NCBI RefSeq assembly: GCF_964194155.1
Contig: NC_135887.1
Span: forward strand, 37,138,001-37,202,000
Reading direction: 5' to 3'
Origin: Cetorhinus maximus
Lineage: Eukaryota
Length of the DNA stretch: 64,000 nucleotides
Part shown: positions 37,040-48,245 of the stretch, piece by piece
Position numbering within the stretch: position 1 is the stretch's first letter
How the letters are laid out: every line of letters starts with the position of its first letter
Notes under the pieces: generated by a model
What the model was told of the DNA's origin: nothing
The model's input: the letters and a program-made list of their open reading frames with translations, nothing else
Databases searched by the model: none
Made by a program: the position numbers and the translations under genes

Positions 37040-37870
37040 CCACAATCCTTTGTTGCACTTCCTCAAGGGCAAGCATGTCCTTCCTTAGATAAGGAGACCA
37101 AAACGGCATTCAGTACTCTAATTAAAGCCCACCTAAGAGCCTTATCCAGCCTCTGTTGATATTCAACCAGTGGCAGCAGAGAATTGGGGGACTTACCATG
37201 TGGAGAGACCTACAATCACCTCCCAGGTGGGATCTCTTGTTCAAAGGCACCCAGTGCCTGATTGAGGGGTCCAGCATCAGGAACGGGTGACAGGCACTGA
37301 AAATCACCCCCTTCCCCTTGCTACCGATTACCTTCCCCCCACAACTGGCAAACCCCTCTCCGCAATCCCCACCCCACCCTCACTCACCAGTACCCTGAGT
37401 CCCTTGGTGACTCTAGGCCTCTTTCTGGGTGTATTAGCAACAGCAAACACGGCTGCCAGTGGTGCTACTGGCAATGGAGAGCTGCGGCCTCTGATTGGCT
37501 GCCAGTTCTCAGGGTTGGATTTCTGCCCAAGTGGTCCTAAAACCAGGGAAAGGCCCAATGCTGGAAAGTTAAGTGCCTGACGTAATTCCTTCAGGCCTTC
37601 CATTTGTAAGCAACATGGGACTCCCGCAGGTCGGAGAACTAGCAGGCGATGCCCCAATCGCCAAGATTAAATTCCGTCCTAGTTTTCTCTCTTCCTCATT
37701 TCCTAAATAACAAGGTAATTTACTACTTTCTTATCCATGGGAACTATTCTAGAATCTAAAGAATTCTGGAAGATCAAAACCAATGCCTCCACTATCTCTG
37801 CAGCTACCTCTTTTAAAACCCTAGACTACAGGACATCAGGCCCAGGAGCTTTATCACCACCTGCCATAAC
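37040..37870. mobile_element. Minus-strand CR1 fragments with a GC-rich DNA-transposon remnant (about 37120-37680) between them
   Basis: FWSPYLRKDMLALEEVQ at left and reversed SPGPD at right; insert resembles 39115-39809 and ends aaattccgtcc. Confidence 0.5.
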
Positions 37871-38074
37871 CTAGAGTGCCTGTTTTATCTGCCACTAGAA
37901 TTCTGTTTGTGATGCTGCTTCCCGAGCTTGAAGTTCTTGATTGTTTGGATTGTCCCTGGAAGCTAGTCCCTTGAACTTGAAGTTCTTGGGCAAGTTGTTG
38001 CTCAAATTTCTCAAGTCTGAACCAAGCTCGAGGGGAATCATCATTCAAAAATACAACATGGTTTCAGCCAGGAC

Positions 38075-38700
38075 TGTTGTCAAACATTTATCTCTGCAAC
38101 ATCGTCCGACTACATGTCTGCCTCAGCTCATCTGCTGCAGAAACTCTCATGACCTTGTTACCTCTACACTTGACTACTGGTGCTGCTGGTGATCTCCCAC
38201 ATTTTACACTCTTTAAACTTGAGGTCATTCAAAATTCTGCTGACCAGAGCAACCTTACTAGCTCCAAGTCCCATTCACCCATCACCCCTGTGCCTGCTGA
38301 CCTACACTGGCTCTCAGTTAAGGAACATCTCGATTTTAAAATGTTCATCCTTGTTTTCAAATCTCTCCATTGCCTTGCCTCTCCCCATCCTTATAATCTC
38401 TAGCTGCCCAATTCTCCAAGATATCTATGTTCATTTAATTCTGGCATCTTGAACAACCCTGATTTTAATTGCTCCACTATTGATGGCTGTGCCTCCAGCC
38501 ACCTAGACCCTGAGCTCTGGAATTCTCTCCTTAAACCACTCCATCCATCTTTTCTCCTTTACGACGGATCCTTAAAACCTATCCCTTTGATCAAGCTATT
38601 GGCCATCTACCCTAACCAAGCCTTATGTGGCTTGCTGTCAGATTTTGCTTCATAACTCTGTTGTAAAGCACCTTGGGATGTTTTCTTTATGTTAAAGGTG
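38075..38700 (+). mobile_element. L2 3' fragment
   Basis: KLEVIQNSA; SPITPVPADLHWL; FKMFILVFKSLH. Confidence 0.85.
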
Positions 38701-39114
38701 ATGTGTATTTGTTTTTGGCACGTTAAATAGGCTTGGGATGGGATCATGTATGGATTGCTCTCCGTGCCACATGCGAACGAGTATAGAGATAGAATGATAG
38801 AGCAGATAAATGTGTAGTTGGAGAAATGGTGCTGGAGGGAGGGCTTTAGATTCCTGGGACATTGGGACCAGTTCTGGGAAGGTCAGACCTGTACAGGCCA
38901 CATGGGTTGTACCTCCATTGAACTGGGATGAATGTCCTTTCGGGGTGGTTTGTTAGTGCAGTTGGGGAGGGTTTAAACTAAGGTAGTAGGGGATGGGGAT
39001 CAGGATGTAACACGAGGAAAAACAAGGTGCACAAAGAATTGGGAGAGACAGCTAGCCCTAAGGTAAGAAGAGGAGGGTGGGTCAAAGATGGGGTCAGAAT
39101 AAGGCCCAGATTAG

Positions 39115-39809
39115 GGCCATGATTTTTCAGTTGGCTTGAGGGGGTGGGCCTGACAGCCGCCACATAAAATGATGCGCGATGACGTCAGACATGCGTCCCG
39201 ATGTCATCACGCTGTCTCGTGATGTTTCGTTCAGCGGGCGTGAAGCTGGTTCTGGTGCGCGCCCGCCGGTAATTGAAAGGCCAATTAAGGCCATTAACTA
39301 GGTAACTAATTTCAAGTTTACGCTGCCCGTCCAACCTTATGGTTGGTGGGCAGGTTAAAAGGCCAAGTGGCCTTTACGTTTTTTAGGAAACTTCATCCAC
39401 GAACAGGATGAGGTTTCCTAAAGTTTTTATGAATTAAATAAAAAGCTTTTCAGAAAAATAAAAACATGTCCCATCTCATGTGACACAGTCACATGGGGGG
39501 ACATTTTCAATAAATCTTTATTACATTTATTTATGTTTTTCAAAAGCGTTTCAATCTCCCTGAGGCAGCTCCGTGCCTCAGGGAGATTGAAGCGCTCTTT
39601 CGTGCGCATGCGCAAAAGACTGCTGGCCCCGACTCTCCCTCCTCCCCCCACCCGCACAGATAGCGCTGAGCGCTACTGCTCACGTCTTATGCTGGGTGGG
39701 CCTCAATTGGCCCACCCGCGTAAAATGGTGGCGCAGAATCAATCGCGGGCAGCGGTCGGCTCTGCGGCCGCCCTCACCAAGCCAGCCCGACGCAGAAAAT
39801 ATTCTGGCC
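39115..39809. mobile_element. Non-autonomous Harbinger-like DNA transposon (695 bp)
   Basis: TIRs ggccatgatttttc / gaaaatattctggcc; 3-bp TSD TAG (39112-39114, 39810-39812); CpG-rich. Confidence 0.75.
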
Positions 39810-40216
39810 TAGGTTTACTGTGTGTCTATGCAAATGCGAGGGGCCTGGTAAATAAGGTTGGTGAGCTGCAAGCACAGATGTCATGACGATGAGACCTGGC
39901 TCAAAATAGGGCAGAACCGGCCACAAAATATTCCTGTATAAAGATGTTCAAGAAAGGTAGAGAAAAAAAGGAGAATATTGCAGTGCTGAAGAGAGACGAT
40001 GTCCTAAAAGGCTTAGAGCTAAAAAAACAAAGAGGTATCATTACACTATGGGTGTATTCTATTGGCCACAACTCTGGGGAAAATACAGAGGAATAGATTT
40101 GCAAGGAAATTTAAAAAGAGTGCAAAATATATAGATTAGTTATAAGCCAAAACTTTAATAATCCTAATATAGACTGGGATAGTAATAGTGTAAAGGGCCA
40201 AGAAGGAGAAAAGTTT

Positions 40217-40280
40217 TCCTTTCTCCACAGATCCTGCCAGACCCGCTGAGTATTTCCAGCATTTTCTGTTAGTATTTCAC
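40217..40280 (+). mobile_element. Short Penelope terminal-repeat insert
   Basis: 8-bp TSD aaaagttt; tctccacagatcctgccagacccgctgagtatttccagcattttctg. Confidence 0.7.
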
Positions 40281-40837
40281 AAAAGTTTCTGAAGTGTGAT
40301 CGGGAGAATGTTCTACATCAGTATGTAGGCCCATTGCTATATTTGGTTCTGGGGGATGAGCTGAGTCGAGTGGATCAAGTATCATTAGAGGGACATAGGG
40401 ATCATGAAGTTTAGGTTACTTATGGAAAAGGACAAGGTGCAATCCAAAGTAAAAATAATCAATTTAGGAAGGTCCAATTACTGGAGTGAGAACAGACTAA
40501 ACCCAGGTAAATTGGAACCATAGATGACAGGCAAAACTGCAGCTGAACAATGGGCTTTAAAGAAGAGGTATCTTTGATGCAATCAAGAAAGGAGAGAGTA
40601 TGAGACGAGACTGGCAACTAACATAAAAGGGAATCCAAAAGATTTCTATAGGCATTTAAATGGTAAAAGGGTAGCAAAAGTTGGAGTGGGACTGATTAGG
40701 GACCAAAAAGGGGATTTACACAAGCACAAGGCACAACTTTGCATCTGTCTTTACCAAGGAAGGAGCTGCTGCCTAAGTTGAGGTAGTTAAGAAATTGGAT
40801 TGGCTAAAAATTGGTAAAGAGCAGGCATTAGAAAGAT

Positions 40838-41240
40838 CCTTTGGAGCTTAGAAGAGTAAGAGGTGATCTTATTGAAACATATAAGATCCTGATGGGATTT
40901 GATAGGTAGATGCTGAAAGTATGTTTCCCCTTGTGGAAGAGACTAGAACTAAGGGAGACAGTTTAAAAATAAGGGGTCTCCTATTTAAGACAGAGAGGAG
41001 AAGAATTTTTTTCTCTCAGAGGGTTGTGAATCTTTGAAGCTCTCTGCCCGGAGAGCAGTGGAGGCACGATCAATGAATATTTTTAAGGCAGAGATAGATT
41101 CTTCACTAAGAAGGGAGTCAAAGGTTACTGGGGGTAGGTGGAATGTGGAGTTGAGGCCACAATCAGATCAGCCATGATCTTACTGAATGACAGAGCAGGC
41201 TCAAGGGGCCAAATGGCCCACTCCTGCTCCCAAATTGCAT
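40838..41240 (+). mobile_element. CR1 3' end nested in the older CR1
   Basis: GDLIETYKIL through 3'UTR ggccaaatggcccactcctgctcc; host sequence gaaaga(atggc) resumes afterwards. Confidence 0.75.
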
Positions 41241-41701
41241 GTTCACATGAAAGAATGGCTGTACTTATAGAAGTTACCAGGAGCAGATCAAATACATCTG
41301 AGGATACTGAGGTAAGGGTGGAAATCGCAGAGGCACTAGTCATAATCTTGCAATTCTCCTTAGATACAGAGGTGGTGCCAGAGGATTAGAGAATTGCAAA
41401 TGTTGCACCCTTGTTCATAGAAGGTATAAGGGTAAGCCGAGCAATGACAGACCAGTCAGTTTAACCTCTGTTGGAAAAGTTTTTAGAAACAACAATCCAA
41501 GTCAGAATTGACAGTCACATGGACAAATATGGAATAATTAGGGAAAATCAGCAAAGTTTGCTAAAGGCAAATTATACTTTTTTGATCAGGTAACAGAGAG
41601 GGTTAAAACAAAAAACTGCTGTGGATGCTGGAAATCCAAAACAAAAACAGAATTACCTGGAAAAACTCAGCAGGTCTGGCAGCATCGGTGGAGAAGAAAA
41701 G

Positions 41702-41740
41702 AGTCGACGTTTCGAGTCCTCACGACCCTTCAACAGAACT
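41702..41740 (-). ncRNA. Hammerhead-like motif with variant core CUGUUGA
   Basis: AGUU-CUGUUGA-A-GGGUC(GUGAG)GACUC-GAAAC-GUC-GACU. Confidence 0.6.
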
Positions 41741-42125
41741 GAATATAGTTAGGAGAGGGGTGAAATATAAGCTGGTTTAAGGTGGGGGGGGGGGGGGGTG
41801 GGGAGAGAGAAGTTGAGGTGGGGGGTGGGGGGGGTTGTAGGGACAAGCAAGCAGTGATAGGAGCAGATAATCAAAAGATGTCACAGACAAAAGGATCAAA
41901 GAGGTGTTGAAGGTGGTGATATTATCTAAGAAAATGTGCTAATTAAGAATGGATGGCAGGATACTCAAGGTATAGCTCTAGTGGGGGTGGGGTGAAAAGA
42001 CTGACAAGGTATTAGTTGTAGATTTTAAAATAATGGAAATGGGTGGGAAAAGAAAAATCTATATAAATTATTGAAAAAAACAAAAGGGAGGAGGAAGAAA
42101 CGGGGTGAGGATGGGGGGAGGGAGT

Positions 42126-44700
42126 TTAATATCTAAAGTTGTTGAATTCAATGTTCAGCCCGGAAGGCTGTAAAGTGCCTAGTCGGAAGATGAGGTGCAG
42201 TTCCTCCAGTTTGCGTTGGACTTCACTGGAACAATGCAGCAAGCCAAGGACAGATATGTGGGCAAGAGAGCAGGGTGGAGTGTTAAAATGGCAAGCGACA
42301 GGGAGGTTTGGGTCTTTCTTGCGGACAGACCGCAGGTGTTCTGCAAAGCGGTCGCTCAGTTTGCGTTTGGTCTCTCCAATGTAGAGGAGACCGCATTGGG
42401 AGCAACGAATGCAGTAGACTAAGGGGAAATGCAAGTGAAATGCTGCTTCACTTGAAAGGAGTGTTTGGGCCCTTGGACGGTGAGGAGAGAGGAAGTGAAG
42501 GGGCAGGTGTTGCATCTTCTGCGTGGGCATGGGGAGGTGCCATAGGTGGGGGTTGAGGAGTAGGGGGTGATGGAGGAGTGGACCAGGGTGTCCCGGAGGG
42601 AACGATCCCTACGTAATGCCGCCAGGGGGGATGAAGGGAAGATGTGTTTGGTGGTGGCATCATGCTGGAGTTGGCGGAAATGGCGGAGGATGATTCTTTG
42701 AATGCGGAGGCTGGTGGGGTGATAAGTGAGGACAAGGGGGACCCTAACATGTTTCTGGGAGGGAGGAGAAGGCGTGAGGGCGGATGCACGGGAGATGGTC
42801 CGGACATGGTTGAGGGCCCTGTCAACGACCATGGGTGGAAAACCTCAGTTAAGGAAGAAGGAGGACATGTCAGAGGAACTGTTTTTGAAGGTAGCGTCAT
42901 CAGAACAGATGCGACGGAGGCGAAGGAACTGAGAGAATGGGATGGAGTCCTTACAGGAAGAGGGGTGTGAGGAGCTGTAGTCGAGGTAGCTGTGGGAGTC
43001 GGTAGGCTTGTAATGGATATTGGTGGACAGTCTATCATCAGAAATTGAGACAGAGAGGTCAAGGAAGGGAAGGGAAGTGTCAGAGATGGACCATGTGAAA
43101 ATGATGGAGGGGTGGAGATTGGAAGCAAAATTAATAAATTTTTCCAGGTCCCGACGAGAACATGAAGCAGCACCGAAGTAATCATCGATGTACCGGAGAA
43201 AGAGTTGTGGGAGGGGGCTGGAGTAGGACTGGAACAAGGAATGTTCCACATACCCCATAAAGAGACAGGCATAGCTGGGGCCCATAGCCACACCTTTTAT
43301 TTGGAGGAAGTGAGAGGAGTTAAAGGAGAAATTGTTCAGTGTGAGAACAAGTTCAGCCAGACGGAGGAGAGTAGTGGTGGATGGGGATTGTTCGGGCCTC
43401 TGTTCAAGGAAGAAGCTAAGGGCCCTCAGACCTTCCTGGTGGGGGATGGAGGTGTAGAGGGATTGGACGTCCATGGTGAAGAGGAAGCGGTTGGGGCCAG
43501 GGAACTGGAAATTGTTGATGCGACGTAAGGTGTCAGAGGAATCATGGATGTAGGTGGGAAGGGACTGGACAAGGGGAGAGAGAAGGATGTCAAGATAACG
43601 AGAAATGAGTTCCGTGGGGCAGGAACAGGCTGACACGATCGGTCTGCCGGGACAGTTCTGTTTGTGGATTTTGGGTAGGAGGTAGAAGCGGGCCGTCCGA
43701 GGTTGGGCGACTATCGGACATGAGGTCAGTGACAGTCCTGGAAACAATGGCTTGATGTTCAGTGGTGGGGTCATGGTCCAGGGAGAGGTAGGTGGAAGTG
43801 TCTGCGAGTTGACGCTCAGCCTCCGCGAGGTAGAGGTCAGTGTGCCAGACAACAACAGCACCACCCTTGTCAGCGGGTTTGATGACAATGTTGGGGTTGG
43901 ACCTGAGAGAACGGAGTGCAGTAAGTTCAGAGAGAGACAGATTAGAATGGGTGAGAGGAGCAGAGAAATTGAGACGACTAATGTCACGCCGACAATTCTC
44001 AATGAAAAGATCAAGAGAAGGTAAGAATCCAGAGGGAGCGGTCCAGGTGGAGGGAGAATATTGGAGGTGGGTAAAAGGATCTGATGAACGGGGAGAGGAC
44101 TCCTGCCCAAAGAAGTGAGCACGGAGACGAAGACGGCGTAAGAAGAGTTCAGCGTCATGCCGAGCCCGAAATTCATTGAGATGAGGGCGTAAGGGTATGA
44201 AACTAAGTCCTTTGCTGAGCACTGAACGTTCAGCATCGGAGAGGGGAAGGTCAGGGGGTATAGTGAATATGCGGCTTTGGTTGGGATTGGAAGATGGGGT
44301 GGGGACGGAGGGACAAGCAGGGGTGGAGGGTCCCAGATGGGTGTTGGTGTCAATGAGTTGTTGGAGCTTGCGTTCCTTAGCACTTGAGAGAAAGAGAAAA
44401 AGTTTCTTGTTGAGGCGTCGGATGAGGCGAACAATAAAATGAAACTGGTGGCACGCGCAGCTTTGAAAAAGGGTGCGGCGGTGCTGCTGGAGGGAGAGGT
44501 CGAGTGTGTTCATATGGCGGCGCATGGCACTGAGTGTGGATCTCAGAATGCGACGGGAACAGCAGTCTGAGAAACGTTTTATGTCCCGGAGATACCTGTA
44601 ATCCTGGGTGGGTTCGAAACAAGAGGGATGGAATTTCAGTTGAAATCCACCTGGGGTGAGTCAGAGACGGAGACAGTCACTGAGAAAGGAAATATGGCTG
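42126..44700 (-). pseudogene. Penelope polyprotein (RT plus GIY-YIG endonuclease), broken by frameshifts and a stop
   Basis: VLSKGLSF, IKPADKGGAVVV, FYLLPKIHK, GRPIVS, MDVQSLYTSIP, FLRYIDD, LVYCIRCSQCGLLYIGETKR..RFAEH across four track ORFs. Confidence 0.92.
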
Positions 44701-45869
44701 TGAAAGTGTTGATGAGGGTGTTGCAGTTAATATGGGTGTACATGGATTTCCAAATGTGTTTGCTAAAGTACCATACAACAGGTTTGTCAGGAAATTTAAA
44801 ACCCATGGAACAAAAGCAGCAATGGGAACATAGATATGAAGTTGGCTGAGTGACAGGAAACAGTAGTTGCGAAAGGTTGTTTTTCAAACTGGAGGTCGGT
44901 ATACAGTAGGGTTCCCTGTGGGTAGATTTAGATTGACATTAATGACTTTGATTTGTGTGCGCAGGGCACAATTTCAAATTTTTGGGATGACACAAAACTT
45001 GGAAGTATTGCGATGTGTGAGGAGGATAATGTAGACATCAAGAGGACAGACAAGCTGGTGGAAATGGGCAGACACATATCAGATGAAGGTTAATGGCATG
45101 AATTGTAAAGTATTACATTTTGGTAGGAAGAATGATGGGTGGCAATATAACACAAAGGGTACAATTCTGAAGGAGGTGTGGGAACTGAGGGAGTGTTATG
45201 TGCACAATCATTGAAAGTGGCAGGAAGGTTGAGAAAATGTTTAATAAGGTACACGGCATCCTCCACTTTATATAGTGACAGAGTACAAAAGCAAGGAAGT
45301 TTTGATGAACCTTTATTGAAGTAATGTGCCCAATTCTGGGCAACACACTTTGGGAAGGATGTGAGGGCATTAAAGAGGGTGCAGAAAACATGTATAAGAA
45401 TGGTTTCAGGGATGAGGGTTTTCAGTTGTGTCAATAAATTGGAAAAGCTGGGGTTGTTCTCCTTCGAAAAGGGAAGGTTAAGAGGAGATTTGATAGAAGT
45501 GTTCAAAATCATGAGAGATACTGAGAAACTGTCCTCAGAAGAATTGAGAATCAGGACATTCATTGAAGAGGAATAGCAAAACAACCAAAAGTGATTGGAA
45601 AAAATACTTTTATGCACAGAGTGGTTAGAATCTGGAATACACTATCAGAGTGGTGAAAGCACATTCAATAGTGGCTTTCAAAATGGAAGTGGATAATTAT
45701 CTGAATAGAAAACATTCACAGATCTACAGGGAAAAGGCAGGAGTGTTGCTCTTGCAGAGAACCAGCACAGACACAAGCTGCTGAATATTACTCTTCTCTG
45801 CTGTAACTGTTCCATAATTCTAGGTCACTTTCCTCTTCAAGTATGGGATGTTAAATAAATTAAAAGACT

Positions 45870-46165
45870 GCTATTTCAATCGTGTCTGTTACAACAGGGC
45901 GTCCTAAGTACTTCCCAGGCAATGGCGTAGGTATTTTTGAAGTGGAGGATAGATACACTGCTGCCAATTTCCTCATTCAAGCGCCCAAATAATGGTGAGA
46001 TTATGTGTTTTCGTGCTTATGGTCGGAAGATAAATATTGGGCAATGACTCTCCTGCCTTGAAATAATGTCCTGGGATTTTTCATATTCCCCTGAGAGGAC
46101 AAATAGTCCTTGTTTGATATCTCATCCACAGAGAGCACCTTCCATACTGTAACACTCCCTCGTCA
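45870..46165 (-). mobile_element. Degenerate DeuSINE-like copy
   Basis: gataaatattggg, tgggattttt, ccctgagagg and acactccct match the reverse of 14405-15012. Confidence 0.5.
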
Positions 46166-46356
46166 AAATCGCAACTTGGTGCAAAAACTCTTTAATTTTA
46201 AAAAAAAAAGGCTGCTCCTGGTCCCATGCGGATTCTAGACACCTCTTGCTGGGGACACTTCGGTGGTGGTTTTTCCTGTGCCAGGTTCATATATCAGGAG
46301 AAGCCTTTCATCCCCACGGGGTAGGTGAGCGCTCGCGAACGTTGCCTGTGGAGAGC

Positions 46357-46380
46357 GTGTGTGTGTGTGTGTGTGTGTGT
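46357..46380. repeat. (GT)12 microsatellite
   Basis: Seen directly. Confidence 0.95.
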
Positions 46381-46805
46381 TTTTTGAGGGGCGGGAAAAA
46401 GAAAATATGTTTACAACCCATTTTCAGTTTACTAATCCTGGGGAGCGGAAAGTAGCAAAGACCACCCCAAAAAAAGTAACACTGACGAGAGATGGAAGCC
46501 AGAAAAAAAAACTTTAACTGACTCTTTTGAACTTTCGTATCTTGCACTACAAAAGGCATTTATCCCAGTCTCTCAGCAACGCTCCCACGTAAGCATAGAC
46601 CCACACAAAGTTCTGGACTTCCAGCTGCCTAACTACCTTTGACTAGTTAATTGTTAGGTAAAGCACTCAACTTCCAACACCATAGCAACTTTAACCCTGC
46701 CGCTCCCAGAGCATTAAAAGGAATGATCCATTTCGTAGCAGATGTAAATGAGAGGATAGTTACAAATCAGATGATAGATACACTGTTAAGGAAACAAATT
46801 TGCTG

Positions 46806-46811
46806 TTTATT
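46806..46811 (-). terminator. Candidate polyadenylation signal, claudin copy 3
   Basis: tttatt about 590 nt past the stop codon. Confidence 0.5.
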
Positions 46812-47397
46812 GATTTAGTCGAATATGTTGTAAACCAATGTAACACAAACAGGAAAATGCAGGAGTAAATGTTTAAAATGACATTACAAAAGCGAACATT
46901 TTTTTAAAAATGAAACTTATATAAAAGAGATCGGCTTGTAGGTTAATGCCGGACGGGATCATTCAATTGACAGGAATAGGGGTAAAACTCCGTGTTCCGC
47001 TCTAGTGTACATATTGTCCGATTCTCATGTTACATTCGCAACACAGTCTTCACGTAAACTCCACCTGAAGCAAATTAGGTCCCCCCGCCCTCCCCAGAAA
47101 AAAACTAAACCCATCACTAGAACTAAACCCCACAAAAAGTCCTTTTCCTATTTTAAAAAACAGTAGGACATCGATGTTCAGGATTTAACCTTAAAACACT
47201 TCGGCAAAATTAATTTATAATTAGTAGTTTTCATTTAACGGAAGAAAATACCGTTTGAAGCTCACTATAGTTAAAAAAAATAATGATTTCGCAAATCCAT
47301 GCTCGAAAGAGCTCCTCATAGTCCAAAATGCGCCTTACAAAACTGAAGAATAAAGTCATTTTTCAGCAAGTGTCGACTTAATTGAGTAACGCTGAGT

Positions 47398-48030
47398 TTA
47401 CACATAGTTCTTGCTCGGAGCTGAAGATCTCGCCGCAGAATACTTTGCAGTGTAGGAATTCTCGTCTTTGGGAGGGCAGGAACAGCAGAGCAGAGCCCCT
47501 CCGAGGATCAGCAGACCCGAGGTTCCCCAACCGATGTACAAGGAAGCTCCAAGTTCTCTCCTCTGGGCGTCCGTCACCAACGGGTTGTAGAAATCCTTGA
47601 TGATGGTGTTCGCTGACCAGGACACTGGGATCAGGGTCAAGACTCCAGCCAGGATGAAGATAATTCCCGATATAATTGTGACTTTGGCCTTTGTTACCTC
47701 GTTTTCTATACAGTTGGTGCATTTCCCTCCCATGATGGAGATGAGGATGCCCAGGACTCCCACCACGATGGCAATGACGGTCAGAGCTCTGGAAGCCTGG
47801 AGGTCTTGGGAGAGGGCTAACAGGGAATCGTACACCTTACATTGCATCTGCCCAGTGCTCTGAACAATGCAGTTCATCCAAAGACCTTCCCAAATAATCT
47901 GCGCCACCACGATGTTGTTCCCAATGAAAGCGGTCACTCTCCACATGGGCAGCACGCAGGTAATGATGGCTCCCAGCCACCCGAACACACATAGGGCTAT
48001 GCCCAGAATCTGGAGTCCCATTGATGCCAT
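47398..48030 (-). CDS. cldn4: Claudin-4-like protein, copy 3 (single exon, 210 aa)
   Basis: MASMGLQ start, claudin signature, KYSAARS..NYV tail; UTRs unlike copies 1 and 2. Confidence 0.95.
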   Translation of the reverse strand: MASMGLQILGIALCVFGWLGAIITCVLPMWRVTAFIGNNIVVAQIIWEGLWMNCIVQSTGQMQCKVYDSLLALSQDLQASRALTVIAIVVGVLGILISIMGGKCTNCIENEVTKAKVTIISGIIFILAGVLTLIPVSWSANTIIKDFYNPLVTDAQRRELGASLYIGWGTSGLLILGGALLCCSCPPKDENSYTAKYSAARSSAPSKNYV

Positions 48031-48119
48031 TCTCGGTTACTGTTCCGCAAACTGTACTAGACAAAAGTGCGACCTGTTGCCTTGATCTGAACTGAGAGCT
48101 GAACCACAAACACAACGGT

Positions 48120-48245
48120 ACTTATTCAATGCACATGGGCGTGGAGTTTCAGCACTTATTCCTCCTCCCCTAATTACCTCAAAACTAGAAGCACGGGTTT
48201 CGACTCCGTTTCATTGTCGTTTCCTTCGCCTATTCTAATTGGTCA
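48120..48245 (-). promoter_or_regulatory. Proximal promoter candidate, copy 3
   Basis: Sp/KLF box gggcgtgg (48137-48144), AT-rich aataag just downstream, CCAAT (attgg) at 48238-48242. Confidence 0.4.

Larger units (their letters stand above)
41605..44708 (-). mobile_element. Penelope-like retroelement, 5'-truncated, few lesions
   Basis: Terminal repeat at 41605-41745, long RT and GIY-YIG reading frames, clean interruption of the host CR1. Confidence 0.95.
38720..45825 (+). mobile_element. Long degenerate CR1 LINE (ORF1 end, endonuclease, RT, 3'UTR) hosting four later insertions
   Basis: EKWCWREGFRFL; CVYANARGLVNK; VTERV|DEG..VYMDFQ split by Penelope; LEKLGLFSFEKGRLRGDLIEVFKIM. Confidence 0.8.

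Noticed and set aside
41781-41840. G-runs with G-quadruplex potential
   Set aside because: Part of the Penelope 3' region (similar at 4040-4380); no evidence of separate function.
42448-43293. 281-aa Pro/Ser/Thr-rich ORF, and the first half of the 529-aa ORF
   Set aside because: Off-frame readings of the C-rich Penelope coding strand.
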